Position numbers and translations under genes: made by a program
The notes under the pieces: model-generated
Told to the model about the DNA's origin: nothing
What the model saw: the letters and a program-made list of their open reading frames with translations, nothing else
Databases searched by the model: none
NCBI RefSeq assembly: GCF_006345805.1
Contig: NC_043008.1
Coordinates: 496,001-560,000, forward strand
Reading direction: 5' to 3'
Source: Octopus sinensis
Lineage: Eukaryota
DNA length: 64,000 nt
Shown here: piece after piece, positions 37,891 through 52,480 of the stretch
How positions within the stretch are numbered: position 1 is the stretch's first letter
Layout: each line of letters begins with the position of its first letter

Positions 37891-38811
37891 TGTATTCTTT
37901 CGTGGAACGGTGGATCTCGAATCAAATAAATCTATAGGTAATTGCGTGTAAATTTTGGGTTAAAACTCCGTTGGACAGAAAAGCCGAATACTTCAACGCT
38001 GTTATTTTATTATTATTAAATTCTGCCGAGGTCAACTTTGCCTTTCATCCTTTCGGGGTCGATAAATTAAGTACCAGTTACGCACTGGGGTTGATGTAAT
38101 CGACTTAATCCGTTTGTCTGTCCTTGTTTGTCCCCTCTGTGTTTAGCCCCTTGTGGGTAGTAAAGAAATATATATTTTATTATTTATAACTTTATTAGAT
38201 TCGTGTTTCAACGTCCCCAAAGTGAATTATTTCATATTCCCAAAGTTTCAAAATCGTTTTGACGTCAGCATTATATATCCAGGATGTGGAGAAAATTCGA
38301 TAACCGTCTACATGTGTGTTTGCATGCATGTATGCATGAATGCATATGACTTACTGACTCTCTTCATAAGCATGCAATATTTTTCATATGTAGAGATGAA
38401 TATAGAGAGATCTACATCAGACTTCGGGCCATCGTTATCATTCTTACCATCTTCAGCAAATGTACGCCGCCATGCAATCATTCCGTTCAGCATCTTCCCT
38501 GCCGCCATCATCTTCAAAGATAGGAGATATGAATTTGAAATATATTCGGTTATTATTACATGCGGTTATGAATTCATGTGGTTCGGATGTATATATTAAT
38601 ATATTGCGATTTAATTACACAAGCGGCCATGGCTGACTATTTGAGCATGGCTTCTATTTTCATAGGCTTTCAATGTAAATATGCATGAAATTAAATGATA
38701 TATTACAGTTAAATATATTCCTTTCAATGCACATTGTAAAACAACGTGAATTTTAATGCATGTCATTCTACATGTATTCACACTGGCAAACACGTGCGCA
38801 TGCGCATATAT

Positions 38812-38863
<52 letters not shown>

Positions 38864-38911
38864 ACACACACACAGACACACACACTCATATGCACGCATA
38901 TACATTTGTAT

Positions 38912-39193
38912 ATTCTTTTATTCTTTTATTTGTTTCAGTTATTTTGACTGTGGTCATGCTGGAGCACCGCCTTTAGTCGAACATAATCGACTCCAGGACT
39001 TATTCTTTGTAAGCCTAGTACTTATTTTATCGCTCTGTTTTGCCGAACCGCTAAGTTACGGGGACGTAAACACACCAGCATCGGTTGTCAAGTGATGGTA
39101 GGGAGACAAACACAGACACACAAACATATGAACATATACACATTCATACATACATACATACATACATACATACATACATACATACATACACAC

Positions 39194-39229
<36 letters not shown>

Positions 39230-39322
39230 GATGACCTTCTTTCAGTTTCAGTCTACCAAATCCACTCCCAAGGCTTTGGTCGGCCCGAGACTTTAGTAGA
39301 AGACAGTTGCCCAAGGTGCCAC
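38912..39322 (-). mobile_element. SINE family A, 5'-truncated, fused to a family C piece (39323-39505, +)
   Basis: Body motifs as in the other family A copies; abrupt switch at ccaaggtgccacc|tgggcaataaagaaatagg. Confidence 0.85.
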
Positions 39323-39994
39323 CTGGGCAATAAAGAAATAGGTATTTCGTTTGCCGCTACGTTCTGAGTTCAAATTCCGCCGAGGTCGACTTTACCTTTC
39401 ATCCTTTCGAGGTTGATAAAATGAGTATCAGTTGAGTACGGGAGTTGATGTAATCGGCTTGACCCTTCCCTCCAAAATTGCAGACCTTGTGCCAAAATTT
39501 GAGACCAATATATTGTGTAGAGTATGTTGGTTATATGAACACGATTCACTTTCTCGCCATACAGCTCTTAAGCCGGTTCGATTTTCGGGTGTGACGTGTT
39601 TGCTATCTGTTTTTGTGTTTGCTTTTGTATTCACTACAGTGGAGTCCTTCTCTTGTCTGAGGCTTTCGTTTCCAATGGCTTCTTTCTAGTCCAGTTTTAT
39701 TGGGATATTACCACTCGTTGGCGTCACGTCTTTTGTTGTTCAAGTCTCTGGACGCGGAAAGCTCATATAACCGTTCAAAATGTTATTACCGTTAACTGCG
39801 AAGAACAGGTTTACCACGTTTCAGTCATTGGAGAACGACCCTGTTCTGTCGCCACAAATCAATCCGCGTACTTATATTTTTTTATTATATAAACATGATC
39901 CTTATTCTATCGGTCTCTTATGCCGAACGTCTAAATTTTTCAGGCGTAAACAAACCAATACCGTTGAGAAATGGTAATGGGTGACAGCCGCAAA

Positions 39995-40040
<46 letters not shown>

Positions 40041-40102
40041 CATTATTGGTGAATTGAAGAAATGGAGCTGAACGCAGATTGAACAGAAATCGTTTTATTT
40101 CA

Positions 40103-40182
40103 TTCTACACGTGTTTCGAAAGGCACAAATTACCAAAATCCGATTGAATAATGGGACCATATTGTGTCTTTCTCTTCAGGAA
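40103..40182 (-). ncRNA. Type I hammerhead ribozyme with intact core, extended stem II and palindromic stem III
   Basis: UUC-CUGAAGA-GAAAG-A-CACAA(loop)UUGUG-C-CUUUC-GAA-ACACGUGU-A-GAA. All core residues canonical, GUA cleavage triplet, perfect 8-nt palindrome ACACGUGU, 3-bp stem I. Confidence 0.75.
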
Positions 40183-41684
40183 GAAAAAAGGAAATCCGTT
40201 GGAAAAACAAAAACAGAACAGAGGCGGAGCAAAAACAAATCGAACTATGCTCCTAAGAGCCCATGGCGAAACTGTTTATCAGTGTATGTTGAGAACCGGT
40301 GGCTGAAGAATTCAACGGGTCAGGCATCGGTCAATCATGTGCGTGAGGGTGTATAGATGTTCTTAGTGACCGAGAATAAAGTTCTGACTATTTAAGGAAT
40401 ATTGGATGTTTTATAAGGGGCGAGAAAAAATCTACTTAGAGACGTGTGTGTGTGTATACTGTTCTATATATGTGTGTGTTGGCGTAGGGGTAGAAAACAT
40501 TTTTTGTGTACGTGTGTGCGTTTGATCGTTCGGCTGTCAGTGGCTACTGCCGAGAGAACCGTTGGGTGGCAGAAAGAAAAAAATATATATATATTATGTT
40601 TTATGTGTGTGTGTGTTCATCTAAGCCTGCCTTGTCAAGGAAACCCCCCGCTGTGAAAAAACCAAGCCCCGTTTGTCTTACAGGAGTAATTCCCCTTGCA
40701 GTGGTTAATCGTAGATATCTTAAAGGCTATTTCAGAATTTGTTACCAAGGGCTATGGGTGCCGGTATTATTTATAAACGCTATTTAAAAGCCAGATAAGT
40801 GTAACGCCGCCAATGGGGGCATCGAAAAGCCGACTGTAAGAGCCCGTTTACCATCCGGCCTCTGGCAAACAAAATATGGAAGAGTTCGGAGACACAAAGG
40901 TTGCACGGTTGCAACGCCAGATGGTTGTACCTCCAACCGTGCTGTTTACTGCTGTGATTTTTGCTACTAAGGTATCGGTTAAACTTTTGATTAATCTACT
41001 ACAAGATTATTCATCTTTCTATTTCACATATATATATATATATATATAATATTAGAAAAAAAACCACCTTTTATCAATTAAAATGAATAATTAAATTATA
41101 ATATCATATACATATATATATATTATATATATATATATAATATATATATATTATATATATATATACATGCGACTGGGTTCTTTCAGTTTCCGTCTGTCAA
41201 ATCCAGTCACAAGGTTTTGGAGTTCGCTTGGCCATTTGCCCAATGTACCACCGAGTGGGACAGAACCCGGAAATATTTGGTTGGGGATTCAATCTTCAAA
41301 TAGAATATTAAAATTAAAATGCATTTTTCTGAAGTTTAATTAAATTGAGTGGTGTTCACATAAACTTTCATCTTTAAATGATTTACATATTTAAAACTGG
41401 CTATAATTGACATATGTTAATTAAAATGTTCGGATTTAAAAATTTTGTAATTTAAATGTAACAATTGCTTGTTTATTTTGATTTCTTTTTTTATCTAAAC
41501 TGATTAAATAAGCAACAATTATAATTGTTCAATCATCGAAATGCATTTGTCGTTCAACAAGGAAACGCTACTGTACGATAACCTGCGATAACCTACGATA
41601 ACATATATTCTATATCTACTTCGCAAACATCTCTGTTTCTCTCATTACCCCCCCCTTCTCTCTGTATTAAACACACACACACAC

Positions 41685-41715
<31 letters not shown>

Positions 41716-41733
41716 TGTATGTATGTATGTATG

Positions 41734-41785
<52 letters not shown>

Positions 41786-41845
41786 AAGAAAAAAAAGGAA
41801 TGACAGGTAGTTCTAATCAATTTAATTTATTATTTTTTAAATTCT

Positions 41846-41988
41846 TTAATAATGTCAATTTTAATTCATAGATCTAGTAATTTCTTTGTTAACTTGGGTG
41901 GGAGATTTTAAAAAGAAATTCCCAAAACTCCACACCCAAGTTAAAAAAAGAACTTACTAGATCTATGAACTAAAATTTATATTATTAA
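41846..41988. mobile_element. Palindromic hairpin element / minimal MITE
   Basis: ~60-bp imperfect inverted arms (ttcatagatctagtaa..aacttgggtg.ggag) with a short spacer. Confidence 0.6.
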
Positions 41989-42069
41989 AATTTTTTTTTC
42001 AATAATATCTTGATTAGAACTGCGAGTGAAGTTATTCTTTTTCGTTTTTCAAATATACCTAACTGTACC

Positions 42070-42151
<82 letters not shown>

Positions 42152-43302
42152 TACACACACACACACACACATATATGTATAGGTTTGGCTAAAAGTCACC
42201 CGACATTAAATCAAAATTCCATAAATACTAATTTACATTTTCACGACATAGAATATAACTTCTGGTCTGAAGTGGCCTTTTTTCCCCTATCGGCGACCTT
42301 ATCACTCCAGAACATAATTGAAATTAGGGTTAACAAAAAGCTGATAATATATCAAAGTACCTGGATAATAAATATTTCACATCCTGTCACAAGTACTACG
42401 GTGTAGCTATGACAACAACGACGAAGCTTTCTGGCTCATTGATGCAGCAGTAAGAAGCTCCGTATGCTTGGCACTGCTCCCAACTAGATAAGGGTTCGTT
42501 TCATAATTAACGAACCTGTCACAGCTTGCACTGTAGAGTGCAAGATTTCCTGCCGAGATACTCAATACAGGGCTTCGTTTCATCAATTTCATACGAATTC
42601 CTACAATGCAAGTTTAATTATTATTTATGTAACACCTAATATGTTTTACCCTTCATCTAATGGGTTTATATTATGTAGAACATTGTATTGTGTACCGCGT
42701 TGATAGATTGGCGTGGCGGGTATTATATTTAAGAATAGGAGAACGTATGAAATAAATGAAAACGAGAAGTTCCTTTCTTAAACCTCTCAGATGACATACA
42801 GTTGTAATTAACTCAAGAGTGTGAAGGTGAAAAAGTATAGGTTAATACGAAGTTGGTTCAGTGTGAAATACATTTAGCAATATATGTAACAATATACAGC
42901 ATATTATATTACACTTTGCCACAGCATATATTCTCATATACATTAAAATTTACGAAACAACACCCACTTACACACACCCACACTCACACACATATATATA
43001 TACATACATGTTATATAATGTGCATTAGAGTGCATGTTACATATAAAAGATTAACGTCAAAAGGAAATGAAGAACCGGGAACGCAAGGGAAAAGCTTATT
43101 CTAGATTTCATTTATTCCAGAAACGATTTACGATAAGCGCACATATATAAATGGGTATGAATGTATGTATACAAACGTATACTTACATACTATATACACG
43201 TATGCATACGCACACACACACACACACATACATCTATATATATATATATGTCGAAAGTAAAAGAATTTTAATAACATCTGCGTTCAACTCCATTTATTTA
43301 CT

Positions 43303-44292
<990 letters not shown>

Positions 44293-44726
44293 TACGACTG
44301 CCCGCATGGTCCACGCATTGCTTCTGTTCAAACTGGAAAAAGCGGCTACTGAAATGATATAAGTAGGTTGTATTAAATGAATGCATCGATGTAAACTTCA
44401 AATTGCGTTGTCTAAGTGGTAGCAATAATAGCCTGTTGCCGTAGTAGCATAGGTAGCAATTTGTTGGAATAAAAACCGTTTGGAATGCACTATGTTTATG
44501 ATGAAAAGTATCCTTAAATATGTTAAATACGGAGCAACTATTCAACTATTTTCTTTTAGCTTCAATATCAAAATCTTCCTTCTAAGTATAGCGGTTCGGC
44601 GAAGAAACCGATAGAACAAGTACCAGTGAATACTTCAAGGCACACCCTAGCATGGATGCAGTCCAATGACTGAAACTAGTAACAGATAACAAAAAACATG
44701 CATACATACATACATACATACATACA

Positions 44727-44759
<33 letters not shown>

Positions 44760-45243
44760 GGACACATACATATATACATGTAATCACGCATACATACATA
44801 CATACATACAATCATGCATACAATCATGCATACATTCAATCCTGCATGCAATCATGCATATATATATATACACACATACATGCAATCATGCCTGCACATA
44901 CACATATCTACATGCACACACATAATCACACAAGCACGTCACCTGATATAAGTACGTTGATAACATATTAATTAGAAAAATAATGACACACGGTCACACT
45001 CACAGCTAGAAGCAGACTGAATATTTCTTTCTTTCTGGCTGCATACATACATACTCACGCGCACACACAGACACGCACACACACACGCACACACACACAT
45101 ACACACATACATACATACCTTCATACATACCTACATACATACATGCGTACATACATACACACACAGATACAGACATATACACATATATGTCTTCTTATAT
45201 ATATCTATAACTTCATACATATATGCATATATGTATATATAAA

Positions 45244-45280
<37 letters not shown>

Positions 45281-45887
45281 CATATATATACAATATATAT
45301 ATATACATATATATGCATACGTATATATATATATACATACATTCATAAATATATATATATATATATACATACTTACAAATATATACACATACACACATGT
45401 ACATTCATACGTATATATATTTGTATATAATAACAGCGCTGGCCGGGTGGGTTATTAGCAGCGTGATCTAATCAATACCTTGTGGTGCTGCTGATCTTTT
45501 TATCGGCTCGGCAACCACGAACTTGATGGGAAGAGAGAGACTTTTGGAATGAAAACTTATTTGCGACGGGGCTGGCGAAATGAAAACACCGACGAGGCAA
45601 GGAGAAAAAGAGAGGGAGGGGGAGAAGAAGTAGGAGGAGGAGGAGGAAAAAAAGAAAACGTCGTAAAATTAGTCGGAGGAGGAGGGCAACGCGTACCACG
45701 ACGACTTGTCAGTAGTTTTCCGATGGAGAAAAAAAAATATTGTACACACGAAACACACAAAACAAATAGGAAGCCATTATGATTTATTTTGTGTCTTTGT
45801 TTCGTTTTCATTCTCCGTTCGCTTTCTTCGTTAATGTCTGCTGCCATTGTTTAGTATCACATTTATGTAAAATCGTAATTATTTTGG

Positions 45888-46113
45888 ACATCATCATTAT
45901 CATCATCATCATCATCATTATCGTCATCATCATTATCGTCGTCGTCGTCATCATCATCATCATCATCATCTTCGCTACCATCATCATCATCATCATCATC
46001 GTCATTATCGTCATCATCATAATCATCATCATTATCATCATCATCATCATCTTCGCTACCATCATCGTCATCATCATCATCATCATCATCATCGTCATCG
46101 TCCATCATCATCG

Positions 46114-46166
<53 letters not shown>

Positions 46167-46340
46167 GTCGTCGTCATCATCATCGTCATCATCATCATCG
46201 TCGTCGTCGTCGTCGTCGCCGTCATCTTCCTGTTCACCGTCGACGGTGTCTCCATATTAGTCGTCGTCCATCTTTATAATCAGCAAATCTATCGTCGTCA
46301 TCATCGTCCTTCGTCATCATCGTCGTCGTCATCATTATCG
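45888..46340. repeat. (CAT/CGT)n triplet array
   Basis: Direct reading. Confidence 0.95.
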
Positions 46341-47719
46341 TTTCTGGTTGATGTGTTTTGTTGCATTATATAGCCCTAGGTCCTTCCTCCTCAAGCAAAC
46401 CTTGTATGATTAAAGACATTCCAACTGTAACCCCCACCTCTTTTCCTTCATTTTTCTTTTTTTCTTTTTCTCCAGATATATCCCAAACTAGATTATCCAA
46501 AATCTCATTCCCCAGATTACATATTTTAAGCACCAAAATAGGATTAGGGACTTGGTTGCTATTTTTAGGAGGTCGATTGATTAACCATGAAGAGGTGTCA
46601 ATATTGATGATGTTAATTAAATTTTAGAATCGAATTTGTCATTTGTGGAGTGGAGAAGAAAGTATAGAGCGGTAGACTAATGCAACATTAATAATTCATT
46701 CCGTCTGTCTATGGCGAGTTCGAATCCAGCTTGGAATCGTATTTACATTTCATTTCTGCAGTGGGTCAGTGTGTTAGTGGTGATTGTATGTTAGTATGTT
46801 AGAGATAGCAGACAAGGTATTAGAGATTTGTGATGAAGAGGAGGAGGAAGAAGAAGAAGAAGAAAATAATAATGATGATTTTGAGGATGATGATGATGAT
46901 GACCGTGATCAAGATCATGACGTCACTTGTATTAGTTGTTTGTTCTGCTACTTATAGCGATGATAGTGATTGTAGCAATGGCGGCCATAGTAGTGGTAGT
47001 AGTAGATATATAATTAGCCCTGATGGTAGTATTAGTGTCGTATTGATATTTGTTTTGATGATGATCATGATGATGATGATGAGGATGATGAGGATGATGA
47101 GGATGATGATGATACTGACGATGGTGGTGGTGTTGTTGCAGTTGTTGGTTTTTGTTGCTGTTGTTGTTGTTGGTGGTGGTGGTGGTGGCATTCGTAATTA
47201 CGGTGTTGTTAAGTAACTATTTATGTTTTATTTTGACGCCCACTTTATAATCCGGCCCTCTGGCAGACGTTCATCCCAAATAAAACAAATCTTTTTTCCA
47301 TTCTATAATTAAATGACATTTCATAAATCATAAAACATATTAATCTTGATAAGAATAATTTACGTATTGACCTCACGCCTCCCTCCTTACAGAAATTCAC
47401 ACACGCACACACACACACACAAACACACACACATATGCGTGTGCGCGTGCGTTTGTATATATATATATATATATATATTATAAACATATATGTATATACA
47501 TATATATATATATATATGTATGTATATATATGTATATATGTATGTATATATATTTATGTATATATATATGTATATATATGTATATGTATGTATATATATA
47601 TGCATATATATATGTATATACATATGTATGTATATGTATATATATGCATGTATGCATATATATCTGTATATATATGTATATATGTATGCATATATATATA
47701 TATATATTATATATATATA

Positions 47720-47764
<45 letters not shown>

Positions 47765-47824
47765 CATATATGTGTATATATATATGTGTGTGTGTGTATG
47801 TATGCATGTATATAAATATGAATG

Positions 47825-47903
<79 letters not shown>

Positions 47904-48954
47904 ATATATATATCACAAAAACTGACTGGAAATTCATCGTAAATTCATTAGTGAAGGTAAATACTTTAATGAATAAGGGAGACAATCGACTTAGGCTAAT
48001 TGAACATGTAGCAATGAACGCGTGATGTATGAGAGGTTGGTAACCTTGCAGAGGACATGCAGCGGTGGCACCACATTCAAACCAAGAGTACAGATGTATA
48101 AAGGGACAACTATTAATGATTTCTTACATAGACTCAACAGATGGAATTAAGTAGTAAGGGAACCTGTCGATTATAACGGCCCAGTTCTTGATTAATACAT
48201 ATTTCATTGATCTCAGAGTGAGAAAATACACAATCAGCCACGATGATTAAAAATCGTTGCTATTATGCAAAAGTGTGGTAAGTTCAAAGCGTTTCTTTTT
48301 CAGAAAGCGAGAAAATAGTTTCACCATTCCATATTAAAGCCGTTGAACTACACTTTGACAATTTTTAATATCTTGGCATCTGAAATAGCTGGAGATACGA
48401 TTGTTTGACCAAAAGAACCGGCTATTGCAAGCAAAAATAAATATTGAAAAAAAAAATGTTTTGGTCAAATTTGGACATACGACAGTTTAACAAAATAGCA
48501 ATGAAGTCGATACGTTTCTCTATATTCTGAGATCTGAACTCAAAGAATGTATGTGTATACAGAAAGAATATTTTATGTGATGATTTAATGATTCTGCACA
48601 TAATATTTCTTTCTACTGCAGGCACAAGGTTTAAAAGTTGATGAGAATGGGTAAGTCGATTACAGCAATCGCAGTGCTCGACTCCGAAAAATGAAAGGCA
48701 GAGTCGACTTCGGTGGAATTTGAACTCAGAACGTAAGGATGGAAGAAAAGTTGTTAAGCATTTTATCCTTCGCACAGCTCACCAAGAAATATCCCTCAGA
48801 AATAAAATGAAATGTTCCCATCAGAGTTTAGACATTAGAAGCATATTCGGATAATCGAAAATTCGGATAATAGATTCGAAACATAAAATAGAAGAGAAAC
48901 AGAAATAATTGATGCTTCTTTATTCGGAATCGAATGTGGGTGGATGTGAGTAAA

Positions 48955-49090
48955 ATGGAAGAGACCGTAGTCAGATGGAACAACATCAGAACTATAGGCT
49001 GGATGCAGCAGAACTTCAACACCGTCCAATTCTTCAATCTTGTTACTGGTCTTTCTGGCGGTATGCAGCTTTGTATTGTCTTGTTGAAAC
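48955..49090 (-). mobile_element. Mariner transposase relic
   Basis: FQQDNTKLHTARKTSNKIEELDGVEVLLHPAYSSDVVPSDYGLF, similar to DNARPH...HPPYSPDLAPSDY.LF. Confidence 0.85.
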
Positions 49091-49904
49091 TAAGTGCGTT
49101 TTCGATGAACAAGTCTTGGGTACACACACACACAGTGAGTCACCATTGATCATGACATGAACTGAATGAACACCCACACACACACACACACACCACAAAA
49201 AGATATAAAAAAGCATTATTTTAACACGGCGCACGAACTTTTTCCTCCACCTAATATAATAATCGAAGCGTTTAGTGACTACAACAAGATAACTGCTAAC
49301 ATTGTCAGTTTATCAAGTACCATATTAATATGACAATCTTCGCTGTCATGAGGGCAATATTAACGTAAGCGGTAGGTGAACTGGATAGCTTTCGATAGCT
49401 GAACGTCTCGCCTAAGCACGCCAAGACCACAGATTATGGTAGTAGTTCCCTGAACTGGATTCGACGATCCTAGTCTTTGAGTTTGTTGACTGTTCATCCG
49501 CTCAGTATCTAGTGATATTCGCCGAAATAGCTCATGTCCACCATGCTGCATCCCATGATTTCAACGTAACTCTGACTCGGTTTGTTACCGAGTGCAAGGC
49601 CTTGCCAACAGGCGACCTATTATTAGTCTAGGGCTGTTTATTCCCATATTCAAACCTCACTTCTATTTATATGCAAATTAAACCATAGATAAGACCCTGA
49701 CAGGCGTGCTTCTAGGTCAGGATGGATATCAAAACAATTGTAACTAAGAGGTGGTTCCAAACTCCTCAAAACTCTGGAATTCCTGAAACAGAATCCCATC
49801 ACCGGATGCTGTTTAAAATTATAACCTGAACATTCCTCTTCTGACAACATGAAGAGGCGTTTCTTCAAACCAGTCATTGAGCCAGTACAGTACTTGCGGA
49901 GGTG

Positions 49905-50070
49905 CATGGCTTAGTCGTTAAGGTGTTGTTCTGACGTTCATAAGATTGTGGTTTCGATTCCTAGACCGAGGGGTGCGTTTTGTTCTTGAGCAAGACACTT
50001 CATTTCACGTTAGTCCAGCCCGCTCAGCTGACAAAAATGAATAATCCTGCAACGGATCGACGTCCCGTTT
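49905..50070 (+). mobile_element. SINE family B, 5' part
   Basis: ggtgcatggcttagtcgttaagg...ggtttcgattcc...ttgagcaagacact. Confidence 0.8.
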
Positions 50071-50142
50071 AAGGAGAAACCGGGTGACCAGCCCTATACT
50101 TCTTACGAGTTAATATGGACTAACCATATATATGAAAGTACG

Positions 50143-50556
50143 TACTCTTTTACTCTTTTATTTGTTTCAGTCATTTGACTGGCCATGCTGGACCACCATC
50201 TTTAGTCGAGAAAATCGACCCCAGGACTTATTCTTTGTAAGCCAAGTACTTATTCTATCGGTCTCTTTCACGAACCGCTAAGTTACGGGGACGTAAACAC
50301 ACCAGCATCGGTTGTCAAGCGATGTTGTGGGGCGACAAACACAGACGCACGTACGTATACACACACACATATATGTATATATACATATATACGACGGGCT
50401 TCTTTCAGTTTCTGTCTACCAAGTCCGCTCACAAGGCTTTGGTCGCCTCGAGGCTATAGTAGAAGACACTTGCCCAGATGTCATGCAGGGGGACTGAACC
50501 CTGAACCATGTGGTTCGTAAGGAAGCTACTTACCACACAGCCACTCCTACGCCTAT
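50143..50556 (-). mobile_element. SINE family A, full length
   Basis: Complete body. Confidence 0.9.
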
Positions 50557-51169
50557 GTATACACCTACGTATGTATAATAATTATTAAATTGTTTTATAA
50601 TAGTCTTTCGCATCTTCATCTCTCCCTCTCCCTCTCCCCCCTCTCTCTCTGTTGTTAGAATGTGTAAATAATAAATGTAATCTAAAACCATCCACAAATA
50701 GGATGCAGATAGATAGAATACACACAATCTGTTTCAAAACAGTTGATAAAAACATTTTAATTTGTAACATTGATTTCCAAGCTTATATTTCAACTTGAAA
50801 AATTGTTTTTCTCTGGTAATTTTAGACATATAAATGCAACAGTGAACTCACTACGAAATGACAGCTAATGTAACACTTTTTGCTTTTGCGCGTTCATTTT
50901 CTATTTCTCTTCTTTTGGTATCAATGTTGACATTCAACATATACAAATGTGTTTTGCGAACATAGATTCATGATAAATTTATGGCCTTTTTTTTTCAATA
51001 ATGAAATATCGAGTACATATTTGTAAAATGATACAGTAAATAAATTGACTGAAATTCCTCTCACGTATTTTGCAATAAAAAAAAACAGGTAGGAAATTCT
51101 CCATTGATATGGTGCAGTGATATACAACCGTTTTGAGAAATGGGACCATAAAATTCCTATGGCCTAACA

Positions 51170-51461
51170 TACAAGGGTGAGTCAAAAAGTAATGCCATTT
51201 TGTTTAGTATAGGTATAATTACCAACAAAGGAACATGTATCATACATCAAAATGAAGCTGGTCCTCTGTGGATCACATCCCTACTTCTCAACATAGTCAC
51301 CGTTTCTCTCAATAGCAATGTTCCACCTTCAAATGAGAGCATTGTAAAATTCTGTTGACTGTTCTTTGAGCCACTTCTTCACTACAGTTTTCACTTCCTC
51401 GTCACTGGAACATGTTAGCCTCTCAAACCCTCTTTCATGGGGCCGAAGAGATGATAGTCCA
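51170..51461 (-). mobile_element. Mariner 3' end with TIR
   Basis: TA plus CAAGGGTGAGTCAAAAAGTAATGCC terminus; minus strand DYHLFGPMKEGLRG...SDEEVKTVVKKWL...RWNIAIERNGDYVEK*. Confidence 0.88.
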
Positions 51462-52101
51462 GTGACGAAGAAGTGAAAAAATCAAATGTGTCCACCAATG
51501 CGGTTTATATTTAACTTGAATAATGTAACTGGACATCTACAGTTTCAATAAAAGAAAATAAAAAAAGGCAGAGGTGAATACGGAATTCCAGAATGTTGAC
51601 TCATTGGCCAAAAAGAATGGTATTAAATAGCTAATATCTCTGGCAGAAGGATACATAGCATGGAATACAAGAACTTCGGCAGGTTCCTTAATACGGGGAC
51701 CAGGTGATGCGAGAAACAGAACCGAGCATAGCGAGTGGAAGTAATATATTTTGATAGAACAAATATGAGTTTGAATGACTTGAAAACAAAATGAAATGCA
51801 AAGACATTTTAGGTTAAGATGTAAAGTAAACGAAACTCAATCAGAATGATGACCAAAAAGTAGTTTAGCATTGGATTAGTATTAAGAAGAGGTAAGGCAG
51901 TGATCTGGCTGAAACCGAGCATATGATGACAAAATATCTCACGGGATTTACTCAGAATCTCAACGTCCAGGTACCAAATCTTGCCGAGGTCAACTTTTTC
52001 CTTCATCCTCTCTGTGTCGATAAAAAGTTAACAACTCAGAACGGTGAATTGGTAGGAACTGTTAGAGAGTCGGGTAAGATACCTGGTGGTATTTGTTTCA
52101 G

Positions 52102-52480
52102 CGCTGCATTCTGACATCAACGATTGTGAAAACAGTTGTACTTGGCTGTCTGCACAAATCGATAATCCTTATCTTGGACAAACATCAGTGGTGGGAGGAT
52201 GGAGAGACTCGCATGGATGGGTAACGGCCAGTCTTCCTTCTTTAAAATTTTTTACCCTAAACGTACTCAACTTTGGCCAATAAAGGGCCTGATTAGTACT
52301 AAGATGTGCATTATTTTTATCTTTCCGTTTCGTGCTCTACTGTAGATCGGCCTGTTTCTGGATGGTTCTAGCTGCAGAGAATCTTCAGGAGTTGAAGCCC
52401 CACGTTCAAGTGTTTTCCATACCTGGAGGAAAAGTCGCTGAGATCTGGTCCCATACATCTCCTCCCGCGGAACAGCGTGC
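52102..52480 (+). CDS. Candidate exon pair (52102-52220 and 52346-52480), product unknown
   Basis: Acceptor gtatttgtttcag, donor GG|GTAACG, 125-nt intron with long pyrimidine tract ending ctactgtag, donor GC|GTATGT. One frame is open across both exons; no homology recognised. Confidence 0.3.

Noticed and set aside
49360-49620. Non-repetitive segment with 60-codon open frames on both strands
   Set aside because: No motif or convincing splice boundaries; may be a decayed TE.
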